From positions 6,647-70,646 of the forward strand of contig JBFWMD010000009.1 of NCBI GenBank assembly GCA_050251775.1: DNA of 64,000 nucleotides, written 5' to 3'. The notes under the pieces were generated by a model. The model did not search any database. It had not been told where the DNA came from and worked only from the letters and a program-made list of their open reading frames with translations. Numbering within the stretch: the first letter of the stretch is position 1; each line of letters begins with the position of its first letter. The position numbers and the translations under genes were made by a program. Positions 48,132 to 58,249 of the stretch are shown piece after piece. Source of the stretch: Desulfovibrio sp. Its GTDB lineage: Bacteria; Desulfobacterota; Desulfovibrionia; Desulfovibrionales; Desulfovibrionaceae.

Positions 48132-48152
48132 AACGCAAGGAGGAACTCCCGC

Positions 48153-49373
48153 ATGAACCCGGTGGACAATGCCTTCATTCTGATCTGCGCCGCCCTGGTG
48201 CTCTTCATGACGCCCGGCCTGGCTCTGTTTTACGGCGGCCTCGTGCGCAGCAAAAACGTACTCTCAACCGTGATGCACAGCTTCTTCATGATGGGACTGA
48301 TTTCCGTGCTCTGGGCCGTGGTCGGCTATTCGCTGTCCTTCGGCACGGACATCGGCGGTGTCATCGGCGGACTGGACTATCTCTTCCTCAGCGGCGTGGG
48401 CATCGAACCCGCCCAGGAAGGCGGAAACCTCTCGCATCTGACCTTCATGATCTTCCAGTGCATGTTCGCGGTGATCACCCCGGCCCTGATCTCCGGAGCC
48501 TATGCCGAACGCATCAAGTTCAGCGGATTCGTGCTCTTTTCCTCGCTCTGGCTGCTCGTGGTCTATGCTCCCATGTGCCACATGGTCTGGGGCGGCGGCC
48601 TGCTCGGCCAGATGGGCGCCCTCGACTTCGCGGGCGGCGCCGTGGTCCACATGAGCTCAGGTGCGGCGGCCCTGGCCTGCGCCATTATGCTCGGAAAGCG
48701 GCGAGGCTTTGGCAAGGAGGCCTTCATCCCCCACAACCTGCCCATGACCACTCTCGGCGCAGGCATTCTCTGGTTCGGCTGGTTCGGCTTCAACGCGGGT
48801 TCGGCCCTGGCCGCCGACGGCGTCGCGGTCAACGCCTTTGTGACCACCCACATGGCCACCGCCGCGGCCTGCGTGTCCTGGGTCTTTGTGGAATGGTTGC
48901 ACTCCGGCAGGCCCACCACCCTGGGCGCGGCCTCGGGCGCCCTGGCCGGTCTGGTGGCCATCACTCCGGCCGCCGGTTTCGTGGACCCCTGGGCCTCCCT
49001 GGTCATCGGTGGACTGGCCGGCGTGATCTGCTTCGGCGGAATCATGCTCAAAAACAAGTTCGGCTATGACGACGCCCTGGACGTGGTCGGCATCCACGGC
49101 GTGGGTGGAACCTGGGGAGCGCTGGCCACCGGGCTTTTCGCCTCCGGCATCGTGGAATTCGACGGTGTGCCGCAGGTGGGCCTCTTCTATGGCAATCCGA
49201 ATCAACTTTGGATACAGTTGGTTTCCGTGGTGGTCACCTGGGGCTTCTGCCTCGTCGCCAGCGTGGTGCTCTTCAAGATCGTGGATATGGTCGTGGGCAT
49301 GCGCGCCTCGGACGAAGAGGAAATGAAGGGCCTGGACAACACCCTGCACAGCGAAACCGGCTACCAGCTGTAA
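48153..49373 (+). CDS. amtB: ammonium transporter
   Basis: AAGGAGG RBS. Amt signature regions DFAGGAVVHMSSG and GVHGVGGTWGAL. Confidence 0.95.
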   Translation: MNPVDNAFILICAALVLFMTPGLALFYGGLVRSKNVLSTVMHSFFMMGLISVLWAVVGYSLSFGTDIGGVIGGLDYLFLSGVGIEPAQEGGNLSHLTFMIFQCMFAVITPALISGAYAERIKFSGFVLFSSLWLLVVYAPMCHMVWGGGLLGQMGALDFAGGAVVHMSSGAAALACAIMLGKRRGFGKEAFIPHNLPMTTLGAGILWFGWFGFNAGSALAADGVAVNAFVTTHMATAAACVSWVFVEWLHSGRPTTLGAASGALAGLVAITPAAGFVDPWASLVIGGLAGVICFGGIMLKNKFGYDDALDVVGIHGVGGTWGALATGLFASGIVEFDGVPQVGLFYGNPNQLWIQLVSVVVTWGFCLVASVVLFKIVDMVVGMRASDEEEMKGLDNTLHSETGYQL

Positions 49374-49739
<366 letters not shown>

Positions 49740-49759
49740 CGCAACACGGCAACGCAAAG

Positions 49760-52333
49760 ATGACCGAGCAAGACGGGAGGCCCGGCCCGGCAAAAGCACT
49801 GGGCCTGGAACGGGAACGCCTGACAGAGTTCGCCCGCCAGGGCAATATCGAAGGCTTTCCGGCCAAGGCCGCCCGCCTCATGGATGATTACTTCCGGGAC
49901 CGCCTGGAGGAGACCGTGGACGCCTGTCCCGGCCTCCGGGCGGTCCCGTTCGCGTTGGTGGCGGTGGGCGGCTACGGCCGCAACGAACTCTGCCCCGCCT
50001 CGGACGTGGACGTGCTCCTGCTCTTCAAAGGACGCATCCCGGCCGAAGCCAAACAACTCTCCACCGCGCTGTTCCACCCGCTCTGGGACCTGGGCCTGGA
50101 CCTGGGCCACGGCGTGCGCACGCTCAAGGACTGCCTTTCCCTGGCCCGGGAGGATTTCCAGGTTCTTTCCTCCCTGCTGGACGCGCGGTTCGTGGCGGGC
50201 GATCCCGGCGTCATGCGCCGTTTCAACGATTCCTTTGCCAGCTTTGCCAAAGGACGGGGGCGTTCCTTTGCCGCGGAGCTGACCGAGCGCAATGTGGAGC
50301 GCGAGGCGCGCTACGGCGACTCCAGCGCCTTGCTCGAGCCGGACCTGAAAAACGGCCTGGGCGCGCTGCGCGACGCCCACCAGATCGGCTGGTGTTCCGT
50401 GCTGCTCAGCGCGGACCGCCACTGGGACAACCCCCTGTCCGGGGGCGAGCGCGAACGTCTGGCCGGAGACTTCGCCTTCATCCTCCAGGCGCGCACGGCC
50501 CTGCATCTGGCCACGGGCCGGCGCACCGACACCCTGTTCTTCGACCTCCAGCCCCGCGTGGCCGAGCTGCGCGGCTTCTGCACCCCGGAGCAAAATCCGC
50601 ACGAACGCGCCCTGGGCGTGGAGGAATTCCTCTCCCGGCTGCACCGCTCCATGGCCAGGATCAAGTCCCTGCGCAGCGCTTTTCTGCGCGAAAATTTTCC
50701 GCCCCGCTTCCGGCGCACGCGCCGCTGCGGCGAGGTGCTTGAAGCGCCCGAGGGCCTCAAACTGCGCGACCCGGAATTCGCCTCCACCCGACCGGATACA
50801 GGTCTCCTGCTCTTTCGCCACGCTGCGGAAACCGGGCTGCCCCTGTCCCTGGAAACTTTGCGCATGGTCCGCCGCCGCGCCCGTGCCTGGGCCGAATCCC
50901 TGGCCTCGGCGCACGGCACGCTCTATGAACTGCTCTTCATCCTGGGCCGGCCCCACGGCGCCCACGCCGCGAGCATGATGCTCGAAACCGACTTCCTCGC
51001 GGCCCTGATCCCGGAATTCGGAGCCGTCCAGCACCTCGTGCAGTTCGACGATTACCACGTGCATCCCGTGGGGCCGCACACCCTGGTCACCGTGGCCAAC
51101 CTCGCGGGTTTCCTGCGTGGGGAAGGCGGCTACCTCGCCTCCCTGGCCTCGGAAGTGCGCAAGCCAGAGCTGCTGCTCCTGGCGGGCTTCTTCCACGATC
51201 TGGGCAAGGGCCGCCCCGGCCACAGCGCGGCCGGAGCCGAAATCGTCCGCGAAATCCTGCCCCGCTTCGGCGTGCCGCCCGAGGATGTGGAAGAGGTCGC
51301 TTTTCTGGTCCTGCACCACCTACTCCTGCCCAAAACCGCCATGCGCAAGGACCTTTCCGACGAATCCGTGGTGGCGCAGCTCACAGGCATGGCCGGAACC
51401 CTTGACCGGCTGGTGATGCTCCACCTGCTTTCCATCGCGGACAGCATGGCCACGGGACCGCGCGCCTGGAGTTCCTGGAGCCAGGCGCTCTTCTCGGAGC
51501 TGTTCCTCAAGGCCCGCAATCTCTTCACCCACGGTCCCATGTCCGCACCCTTTGCGGCCCGCCAACTCATGGAAGCCAAGGACACGGTACGCGCCATTGC
51601 TGAGCGCACCCTGCCCCCCAAATTCGTGGCCCGGCATCTGGACAAGATTTCCCTGCGTGCGTTCCAGGCCCTGCCTCCCGAGGACCTGGCCCACCACCTG
51701 GACATGGTCTGGCGCTTCCAGGAATCCGCCGGGCGCAAGGTGCTGCTGGAAGCCCGCCGGTCTTCGGTCCCCGGCGCATTCGAGGTCACCGTGGTCTGCG
51801 AAAACATGCCGGGTCGCTTTGCCCGGCTCACAGGCAGCCTGACCATGCACCATTTCGACATCCTCTCAGCGGATGTCTTCACCTGGGGTGGCGGCCTTGT
51901 GGTGGACGTTTTCCGCGTCAGCCCGCCCCCGGACAAACTCTATCCGGACACGGTCTGGGAGCAGTTGGCCAAGACCATGCACGGCGCGCTCACCGGAGAA
52001 ATCTCCCCGGCGGACAAGCTGGAACAGATGCGTCGTTCCCCTTTGCACCAGACCAAGGCCGCTCCGCCCCTGCCGCCGGACCTCAAGGTGGACAACTCGG
52101 CCAGCGACTTCTACACCATCCTGGAAGTGGCCGCACCGGACCGCATCGGCCTGTTGCACGACATCGCCCGCTGCCTGGAACGCCTGGGCATTGAGGTCCA
52201 TCTGGCCAAGATCACGACAAAGTCCGGTCGCATCGCGGACATCTTCTATGTGCGCGAGGCCAGCGGTTTGCGCCATGTGGGTGAGAAACGCATCGCCGAG
52301 CTGCGCCGCGAACTGCTCCCGGTCCTGTCCTGA
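49760..52333 (+). CDS. glnD: [protein-PII] uridylyltransferase / uridylyl-removing enzyme
   Basis: 857 aa with a nucleotidyltransferase region (VAVGGYGRNELCPASDVDVLLL), HD domain (FFHDLGKG) and two C-terminal ACT-like domains. Confidence 0.9.
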   Translation: MTEQDGRPGPAKALGLERERLTEFARQGNIEGFPAKAARLMDDYFRDRLEETVDACPGLRAVPFALVAVGGYGRNELCPASDVDVLLLFKGRIPAEAKQLSTALFHPLWDLGLDLGHGVRTLKDCLSLAREDFQVLSSLLDARFVAGDPGVMRRFNDSFASFAKGRGRSFAAELTERNVEREARYGDSSALLEPDLKNGLGALRDAHQIGWCSVLLSADRHWDNPLSGGERERLAGDFAFILQARTALHLATGRRTDTLFFDLQPRVAELRGFCTPEQNPHERALGVEEFLSRLHRSMARIKSLRSAFLRENFPPRFRRTRRCGEVLEAPEGLKLRDPEFASTRPDTGLLLFRHAAETGLPLSLETLRMVRRRARAWAESLASAHGTLYELLFILGRPHGAHAASMMLETDFLAALIPEFGAVQHLVQFDDYHVHPVGPHTLVTVANLAGFLRGEGGYLASLASEVRKPELLLLAGFFHDLGKGRPGHSAAGAEIVREILPRFGVPPEDVEEVAFLVLHHLLLPKTAMRKDLSDESVVAQLTGMAGTLDRLVMLHLLSIADSMATGPRAWSSWSQALFSELFLKARNLFTHGPMSAPFAARQLMEAKDTVRAIAERTLPPKFVARHLDKISLRAFQALPPEDLAHHLDMVWRFQESAGRKVLLEARRSSVPGAFEVTVVCENMPGRFARLTGSLTMHHFDILSADVFTWGGGLVVDVFRVSPPPDKLYPDTVWEQLAKTMHGALTGEISPADKLEQMRRSPLHQTKAAPPLPPDLKVDNSASDFYTILEVAAPDRIGLLHDIARCLERLGIEVHLAKITTKSGRIADIFYVREASGLRHVGEKRIAELRRELLPVLS

Positions 52334-52454
52334 TTCCCGCTTCTACCGGGGCTTGAACAAGGGACATTTCCGCTCCCGGCTTGCCACACGTTCCGAAACG
52401 GTGCTACCAGAAAGCGAAGGGTACTGTTCGGCGGCATGTGCAAGAGGGGCGGCC

Positions 52455-53999
52455 ATGCGCGAATATGATCAAAATCCGAAACCCGATGGCAGCGCGGAAC
52501 ACGCGGACGGCGCTCACCGGTTTCGTGTGGCCGCCGCGCATCTGGCGCTGATCGCCGCCGCCATGCTCCTGGCCCGGCCGGGCCTGCCCATCGCCTCCTT
52601 GCCTCCCGGCAATGTCGCTGTGATCTGGCTTCCCGCCGGGGTGGCTCTTGCCGGAATGCTTCTCCTGGGGCCGCGCGCCCTGTTCGCCATCTTCACGGCT
52701 TCGTTCGCAACCAACGCCATATTTCTGCTCCAGGATTCCCTGGGATGTGACCTGTTCTCCGGCCAGCTTTGGAATTGCGGGCTTTGGAACATTGGGCTCT
52801 GGAGTGTCGCCCTGGCTCTGCCGGACACGGTCCAGGCCGCTCTGGCCTACCAGCTCCTGCGCCGCAGCGGTTTTCAGGAGCCCTTTTCCACGGGGCGCGG
52901 GGTCATCCACTTTCTCTGTTGCGTAGCGCTGCTGCCCTGTCTGGCCACCTCCTGGCTGGGACCTGCGATGCTCCACCTTGGCGGACTCACCACTTCCCTG
53001 GGCTTGACCCAACTGGCTCAACACGCGCTGATCGCAGTGCTCGGCAACACTTTGGGCATCTGCCTGGTGGTCCCGTTGTACTTTGCCTTCCGTCACACCG
53101 AGCCGGACGCCCAGGATCTCACCAAACCCCTCTACACGGTGGCGGCACTGCTGCTCATTGCCGGACTCTGCTGGCTGGCCTTCCTGCATCTGCCCCAGGC
53201 CCGCTTCCTGCTGATGCCGCTTTTGCTATTCTTCGCCTTCTGTTCGGGCCTGCGCGGCCTTTCCGTGGCCCTGCTCATCGTGGGGCTTTCCAGCGAGGCG
53301 GCCACAGACATGGGCTACGGTCCCTTCGTGGACAGCTCCCCGGCCATGGCCTACACCTCCCTGGCCACGTTTCTGCTCTGCCTGCTTCCGCCCTTCCACT
53401 ATATCCAGGCGGTCATGCGTGAATTGCGCGCGCACCGCCAGGGTCTGGCCCAAAAAAACCACGCGCGCACGCGCGAGCTGGAAGTCGCCAACAAACGGCT
53501 TCGGGAAATCGCCAACACGGACGAACTCACGGGCGTGCGCACCCGAAGGCGGCTCCTGGAAATCGCGGAACGCGAAGCAACGCGCTCCCGGCGCTATCTT
53601 CGGCCTTTGTCCCTTCTGGCCCTGGACATCGACCACTTCAAGCGCGTCAACGACAGCCACGGACACGCCGTGGGTGACGAGGTGCTGCGGGAACTCACCA
53701 AACGGATCGAATCGCGGTTGCGCTCGGGCGATCGCCTGGGCCGCATGGGCGGGGAGGAATTCGAGGTCTTGCTGCCCGAGACCGGGCTGGCCGAGGCCGT
53801 GCAAACAGCGGAAAAGCTGCGCTCGTGCGTGGCCACGCAGGACCTGCCCACCTCGGTGGGCGGGCTGCGAATCACGGTCAGCTTCGGGGTTGCCACGCTG
53901 CGGCCGGACGAGGGGCTGGATCAGGCCCTGCTGCGCGCGGACAAGGCCCTCTACAAGGCCAAGCAGGCCGGACGCAACCGGGTGGTGGCTCTGGAATGA
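52455..53999 (+). CDS. diguanylate cyclase with MASE1-like membrane sensor domain
   Basis: The in-frame ATG at 52455 of ORF 51873..53999 avoids overlap with glnD. IWLPAGVALAGMLLLG-type MASE1 helices. GGDEF domain with RMGGEEFEVLL. Confidence 0.85.
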   Translation: MREYDQNPKPDGSAEHADGAHRFRVAAAHLALIAAAMLLARPGLPIASLPPGNVAVIWLPAGVALAGMLLLGPRALFAIFTASFATNAIFLLQDSLGCDLFSGQLWNCGLWNIGLWSVALALPDTVQAALAYQLLRRSGFQEPFSTGRGVIHFLCCVALLPCLATSWLGPAMLHLGGLTTSLGLTQLAQHALIAVLGNTLGICLVVPLYFAFRHTEPDAQDLTKPLYTVAALLLIAGLCWLAFLHLPQARFLLMPLLLFFAFCSGLRGLSVALLIVGLSSEAATDMGYGPFVDSSPAMAYTSLATFLLCLLPPFHYIQAVMRELRAHRQGLAQKNHARTRELEVANKRLREIANTDELTGVRTRRRLLEIAEREATRSRRYLRPLSLLALDIDHFKRVNDSHGHAVGDEVLRELTKRIESRLRSGDRLGRMGGEEFEVLLPETGLAEAVQTAEKLRSCVATQDLPTSVGGLRITVSFGVATLRPDEGLDQALLRADKALYKAKQAGRNRVVALE

Positions 54000-54043
54000 T
54001 CCCGGAGCAACGGCCCCGGAGCGAATTCAGAGCGCCTTCACCG

Positions 54044-54463
54044 TCACTGGGGCCGGCTTCCGCTGACCACCGGCCCGCCCGTAAGCCTCCAGCCAACCAT
54101 GCCGCCCATGAGGTCATGGATCTCCACAAGCCCGGTCCGTTGCAGGTTCCAGGCGGTCAGGGTGGAGCGGTGGCCCGTCATGCAGATGATCACCACCGGG
54201 GTCGTGTTTCCGTCCGTCCGGGAATGCAGTTCCAGGGCCGCGTCCAGCTCGGCCGAGCCGAACGGCGCATTGACCGATCCGGAAATGTGAAACCACGCAT
54301 ATTCCCGTGGCGTGCGCACGTCGAGCAACAGCGGCCGCCAGCCGGATTCCAGCCGTTGGCGCAATTCGCGCGGTCCCAGGCGCTTCATGTCCGTAAGGCC
54401 CCAGGCCAGTTCCCAGATCAACGCCAGCAGCATCAGGGTGATCAGCAGCCCGGTCAGGTTCAT
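54044..54463 (-). CDS. membrane-anchored rhodanese-domain protein
   Basis: Internal Met follows AAGGAGAG. N-terminal TM helix. Active-site loop IICMTGHRS. Confidence 0.8.
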   Translation of the reverse strand: MNLTGLLITLMLLALIWELAWGLTDMKRLGPRELRQRLESGWRPLLLDVRTPREYAWFHISGSVNAPFGSAELDAALELHSRTDGNTTPVVIICMTGHRSTLTAWNLQRTGLVEIHDLMGGMVGWRLTGGPVVSGSRPQ

Positions 54464-54494
54464 GCGCGCTCTCCTTGTTCGCGTGGCCGCCCGT

Positions 54495-55709
54495 TCAGGG
54501 CAGCACTTCCGGCGTGCGCCGATCCTGGGCCTGGGTGCGCTGATACACGCGCAGCCCGAACCAGGGCAGGGCCGCCAGCAGATGGTCGAAAATGTCGGAC
54601 TGGATGTCCTCGTACGCGGCCCAGGCCGTGTCATTGGTAAAGACGTACACCTCCAGGGGCAGCCCCTCGGAAGTGGGGTCGAGCTGGCGCACGAGAAAAG
54701 TCATGTCCTGCCGCAGGCGCTTGTTTTCCCGCAGGTAGCGCACCACGTAGGCCCGGAAGCAGCCCAGGTTGGTCAGCCGCCGCCCGTTGAGCGGATGCAC
54801 TCCGTCCACGTGCCGGGCTGCGTTCCACGCGCGCACCTCTTGCTCCCGTTCCTCCAGATAGCCACGCAGCCGCTCCACCTTGCGCAGGGAGGTCAGCAGC
54901 CGTTCGTCCGCAAAGCACACCGAGGACTGGTCCAGGATCAGGGCGCGCTTGATGCGCCGGCCCCCGGCATCGGTCATACCCCGCCAGTTCTTGAAGGCTC
55001 CGTCCACAAGCTTGAAGGTCGGGATGGAAACAATGGTCTTGTCCCAGTTCTGAACCAGCACAGTGTGCAGCGCGATGTCGATGACCTCGCCATCCGCACC
55101 GAAATCCGGAGCCTCCAGCCAGTCTCCCTTGCGCACGAGGTCCCCGCCAATGAGCCGCAGGCCGCCCACGAAAGAGAGAATGGTGTCGCGGAAAACCAGC
55201 ATAAGTACCGCAGTGAACGCGCCCACCCCGGAGAGCAGCCCCCAGGGAGACTCGCCCATGAGCAGGGCCACCATGGCCACCCCGGCCAGGATGAAGACAA
55301 AGAGCCGCACCAATTGCACCCCACCCTTGATGGGGCGGCGGCTGGACATGGGCAGGGTCTGGTAGATGTCGTTCAGGGCCGAAAGCATGGCAGAGAGCGC
55401 CAGCGCGCCCACGAGCAGGGCCAGGGAATGCAGGATCCGGTCCACCCAGAGCGCCTGCCCCGGAAACAAGATCCCGAACTGGGAGAGCACCAGCAGCGGA
55501 GCGAACCAGGCCAAAATGTGGAACACTCGGCGCTGTTCCAAGGCGTTATCCCAGGACACGCGCGTGCGGTGGACCACGGCCTGCAAGGCGCGCACAGCCA
55601 CGCTCCGGGCCAGGACCAGCGCCAGCCACGCTCCGGCGAGCAGGGCCAGGGTGTAAAGCGCGTCCCGCATCCAGGGGGAGTTGTCCAGTAAACTGATGAT
55701 CTGCTGCAT
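54495..55709 (-). CDS. mechanosensitive ion channel (MscS family)
   Basis: 404 aa with a pore-helix region GVGAFTAVLMLVFRDTILSFVGGL followed by a beta domain (GDWLEAPDFGADGEVIDIALHTVLVQNWD). Confidence 0.85.
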   Translation of the reverse strand: MQQIISLLDNSPWMRDALYTLALLAGAWLALVLARSVAVRALQAVVHRTRVSWDNALEQRRVFHILAWFAPLLVLSQFGILFPGQALWVDRILHSLALLVGALALSAMLSALNDIYQTLPMSSRRPIKGGVQLVRLFVFILAGVAMVALLMGESPWGLLSGVGAFTAVLMLVFRDTILSFVGGLRLIGGDLVRKGDWLEAPDFGADGEVIDIALHTVLVQNWDKTIVSIPTFKLVDGAFKNWRGMTDAGGRRIKRALILDQSSVCFADERLLTSLRKVERLRGYLEEREQEVRAWNAARHVDGVHPLNGRRLTNLGCFRAYVVRYLRENKRLRQDMTFLVRQLDPTSEGLPLEVYVFTNDTAWAAYEDIQSDIFDHLLAALPWFGLRVYQRTQAQDRRTPEVLP

Positions 55710-55721
55710 ACGGTCCGCCTG

Positions 55722-57086
55722 TTATTGTCCGGCCTCGCCCGTGCCCGCTTCGTGGTCGCCTTCCGCGCCCGGTGCGGGAGCAGGCGCGGGGGTGAGGGCA
55801 GCGGGCATGGACTTGATGTGCAGATCCCGCTGAGGGAACGGGATTTCGATGCCGTTTTCCTTGAAGGCGTCCCAGATGTTCAGCCGCACGTCGCTCATGA
55901 CGTTGGTCACGCCATTTTCCGGGTCATTGATCCAGATGCGCACGTCCAGGTCCACGCTGTTGTCCCCGAAGCCCAGCAGCCGGGCCACGGGCGCGGGATT
56001 CCGGAGCACTCGGGAAACCTTGTTCGCGGCCTCCTCCATGAGCCGCAGGGCCAGCCGGGGATCCGAGTCGTAGGAGACGCCCGCCAGGACCCGAAGCCGC
56101 ACGTTGGGGTCGCTGTGCGTCCAGATGACCACCTCGTTGGTGATCAGGTTCTCGTTGGGAATCAGGTACTCCTTGCCGTCGCGGGTAAGCACGGAGGTGA
56201 AGCGCGCATTCAGGGAAACCACCGTGCCCTGAATCCCGCCCGCCTCGATCACGTCGCCCGGCTTGACCGACTTCTCAAAGAGCAAAATCACCCCGGACAC
56301 GAGGTTGGCGAAAATCTTCTGGAGTCCGAAGCCAATGCCCACGCCAATGGCTCCGGAAAGCACGGCCAGGCTGGTCAGGTTCACGCCCGCGCTGCTCAGG
56401 GCCAGGACAAAGGCCAGGGCAAAGAGGGAAAACTTGAGTCCTTTGCTGAAAAGCACCCGGGCCGAAGGCGTCAGGTGCGCGTTGCGGTTCAGGCGTTCGT
56501 CGGAAAACCGGCTCAGGGCCGAGGCCAGCTGGTAGAGCAGGATGAAGAGCAGCAAGGCCTTGGCGGCCTGAAGCACAGAGACGCGCACGTCCCCGAAATT
56601 CATGGCCAGTTCGTCCAGGAACGCCAGGAGCGGATCGAGCAGGCCCACCACTTCCAGGGCCACCAGAATCCAGACCGTGACCGAGGCCGCCTTGCCCCAG
56701 ACGCGGTTCAGGATCAACCCCGATGCCAGACGGATGGCGATCCAGGCCAGGACCAGCGCGGTGGCCACGTCGAGCAGGCGTGCCCCGGCCTCGAAGCTCC
56801 GGAAGCCCACCCCGGCCACCGTGAGCAGAATTCCGGCCACGCTGAGCCAGAGCACGCGGTCCACGGCCCGGAAGAGCTTGCCCAGGTACTCCGGCGATGC
56901 CAGTTGCCGTGCAAAACCGCGCTGGAAAGCCCGGCGCGCGGCACGACCCAGCAGCAGCCCCAGACCAGCGCAGAGCAGCACTATCCCGGCCTGGGCCAGC
57001 GTGTTCCAGGTCAGCACCGTGGTGCGAAACCAATGCTCGGCCCCGCTCGCCAGTTGCTCCCATGGGGGCAAGGATATTTCCCGCAC
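55722..57086 (-). CDS. mechanosensitive ion channel (MscS family), second paralogue
   Basis: 454 aa with GAIGVGIGFGLQKIFANLVSGVILLFEKSVKPGDVIE...GTVVSL. Confidence 0.85.
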   Translation of the reverse strand: MREISLPPWEQLASGAEHWFRTTVLTWNTLAQAGIVLLCAGLGLLLGRAARRAFQRGFARQLASPEYLGKLFRAVDRVLWLSVAGILLTVAGVGFRSFEAGARLLDVATALVLAWIAIRLASGLILNRVWGKAASVTVWILVALEVVGLLDPLLAFLDELAMNFGDVRVSVLQAAKALLLFILLYQLASALSRFSDERLNRNAHLTPSARVLFSKGLKFSLFALAFVLALSSAGVNLTSLAVLSGAIGVGIGFGLQKIFANLVSGVILLFEKSVKPGDVIEAGGIQGTVVSLNARFTSVLTRDGKEYLIPNENLITNEVVIWTHSDPNVRLRVLAGVSYDSDPRLALRLMEEAANKVSRVLRNPAPVARLLGFGDNSVDLDVRIWINDPENGVTNVMSDVRLNIWDAFKENGIEIPFPQRDLHIKSMPAALTPAPAPAPGAEGDHEAGTGEAGQ

Positions 57087-57104
57087 GCGCCCTCCGCTCT
57101 CGGG

Positions 57105-57962
57105 TCAGATGTAGATGTCCAGCAGCACCCCGGCGAAAAGAGCCACGGCTATGATTCCGTTGAGCGTGAAAAAGGCCACGTTCACGCGGCTCATGTCCTC
57201 TTCGCTGATGAGCTTGTGTTCCCAGATCAGTATCATGGAAACGGCCCCCGCGACCAGATAGTAGGCGCTGCCCAATCCGGCGGCCCAGCCCCCGAGCAGG
57301 AAAAAGGCCGCGGCCACCACATGGGACAGGGACGAGGCCAGGAGGGCCGCGCCGATGCCGTAGTTGGCGGGCACGGATTTGAGTCCCTGCTCGCGGTCGA
57401 AGTCCGCGTCCTGACAGGCGTAGAGCAGGTCAAAGCCCGCCACCCAGAAGGTCACGCCGAAAAAGAAGAGCACGGCGGGCAGGGCCAGCACGGGCTCGTG
57501 GGCCATCCAGCCCGCCAGCGGCGCCAGTCCCAGCACCGAGCCCAGGGCGAAGTGACACCAGGAGGTGAACCGCTTGGTCAGGCTATAGAACGCGGACCAA
57601 GCCAGAGCCGGAAAGGCCAGCAAAAAGCAGAGCCAGTTCAACAGACCGCAGGCGACCACGAAGACCACCCCGCAGCCCGCGATGAAGCGCAGCGTGAACC
57701 CCCGGCTCAGTTCCCCGGTGACCAGGGGGCGGTCCTGGGTGCGCGGGTTCCTGGCGTCCATGTCCGCGTCCAGCAGCCGGTTCACGGCCATGGCAAAGGA
57801 GCGCACCGCCACCATGGCCACGGTAAGGGCCAGAAATTCTCCGAGTCCCGGCCTGCCGCGCGAGGCCAGAAACAGGCCCATATAGGCGAACGGCAGCGCG
57901 AACACGGAATGCTCGATCTTGACCATTCTGCAAATGACTCTGAAATCCTTTATGAACGCCAT
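57105..57962 (-). CDS. UbiA-family aromatic prenyltransferase (4-hydroxybenzoate polyprenyltransferase-like)
   Basis: Internal Met MAFIKDFRVICRMVKIEHSVF. Motifs NRLLDADMDARNPRTQDRPL and DLLYACQDADFD. Confidence 0.8.
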   Translation of the reverse strand: MAFIKDFRVICRMVKIEHSVFALPFAYMGLFLASRGRPGLGEFLALTVAMVAVRSFAMAVNRLLDADMDARNPRTQDRPLVTGELSRGFTLRFIAGCGVVFVVACGLLNWLCFLLAFPALAWSAFYSLTKRFTSWCHFALGSVLGLAPLAGWMAHEPVLALPAVLFFFGVTFWVAGFDLLYACQDADFDREQGLKSVPANYGIGAALLASSLSHVVAAAFFLLGGWAAGLGSAYYLVAGAVSMILIWEHKLISEEDMSRVNVAFFTLNGIIAVALFAGVLLDIYI

Positions 57963-58249
57963 CTTGGCTACCCTTTCATTGTGTGTTGCATTGCGCCGGG
58001 CGACTGGTTTGCCCGCTGCGACGCTTCCAGGCTTTGCCCGTGAGGCCGGCCCGGAGAGCTGTGAACGCTCGCGAGCGGCCCTGGAAAAATCCAGGGCCAT
58101 CCTTGGGCGAAACTCTGAGCGTCCTCAGAACGCGCCCTGTCGCCCCAAGGGGCCGACGCCGTGCTGCATACACGAAGATGTGGATTTTTTGAAGCGGCTC
58201 CCCACGCCCTTTCCTGGCGGGCGCTCCAGTGCGCAGAGGCAGAACCCGG

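Noticed and set aside
47137-48138. ORFs 47137..47517 (-), 47343..47690 (+) and 47575..48138 (-) in the acyP-amtB intergenic region
   Set aside because: None has an RBS or recognisable domains, their composition is odd, and they overlap promoter and repeat elements. The region is better explained as regulatory or non-coding.
51873-52454. N-terminal 194-codon extension of the diguanylate cyclase ORF
   Set aside because: It overlaps the 3' part of glnD in another frame, with Pro/Arg/Ser-rich composition. The in-frame ATG at 52455 gives a normal MASE1 N-terminus.
55725-58043. 772-aa ORF on the plus strand
   Set aside because: It is antisense to MscS-2 and the UbiA-family gene, with extreme Gly/His/Gln/Arg composition.
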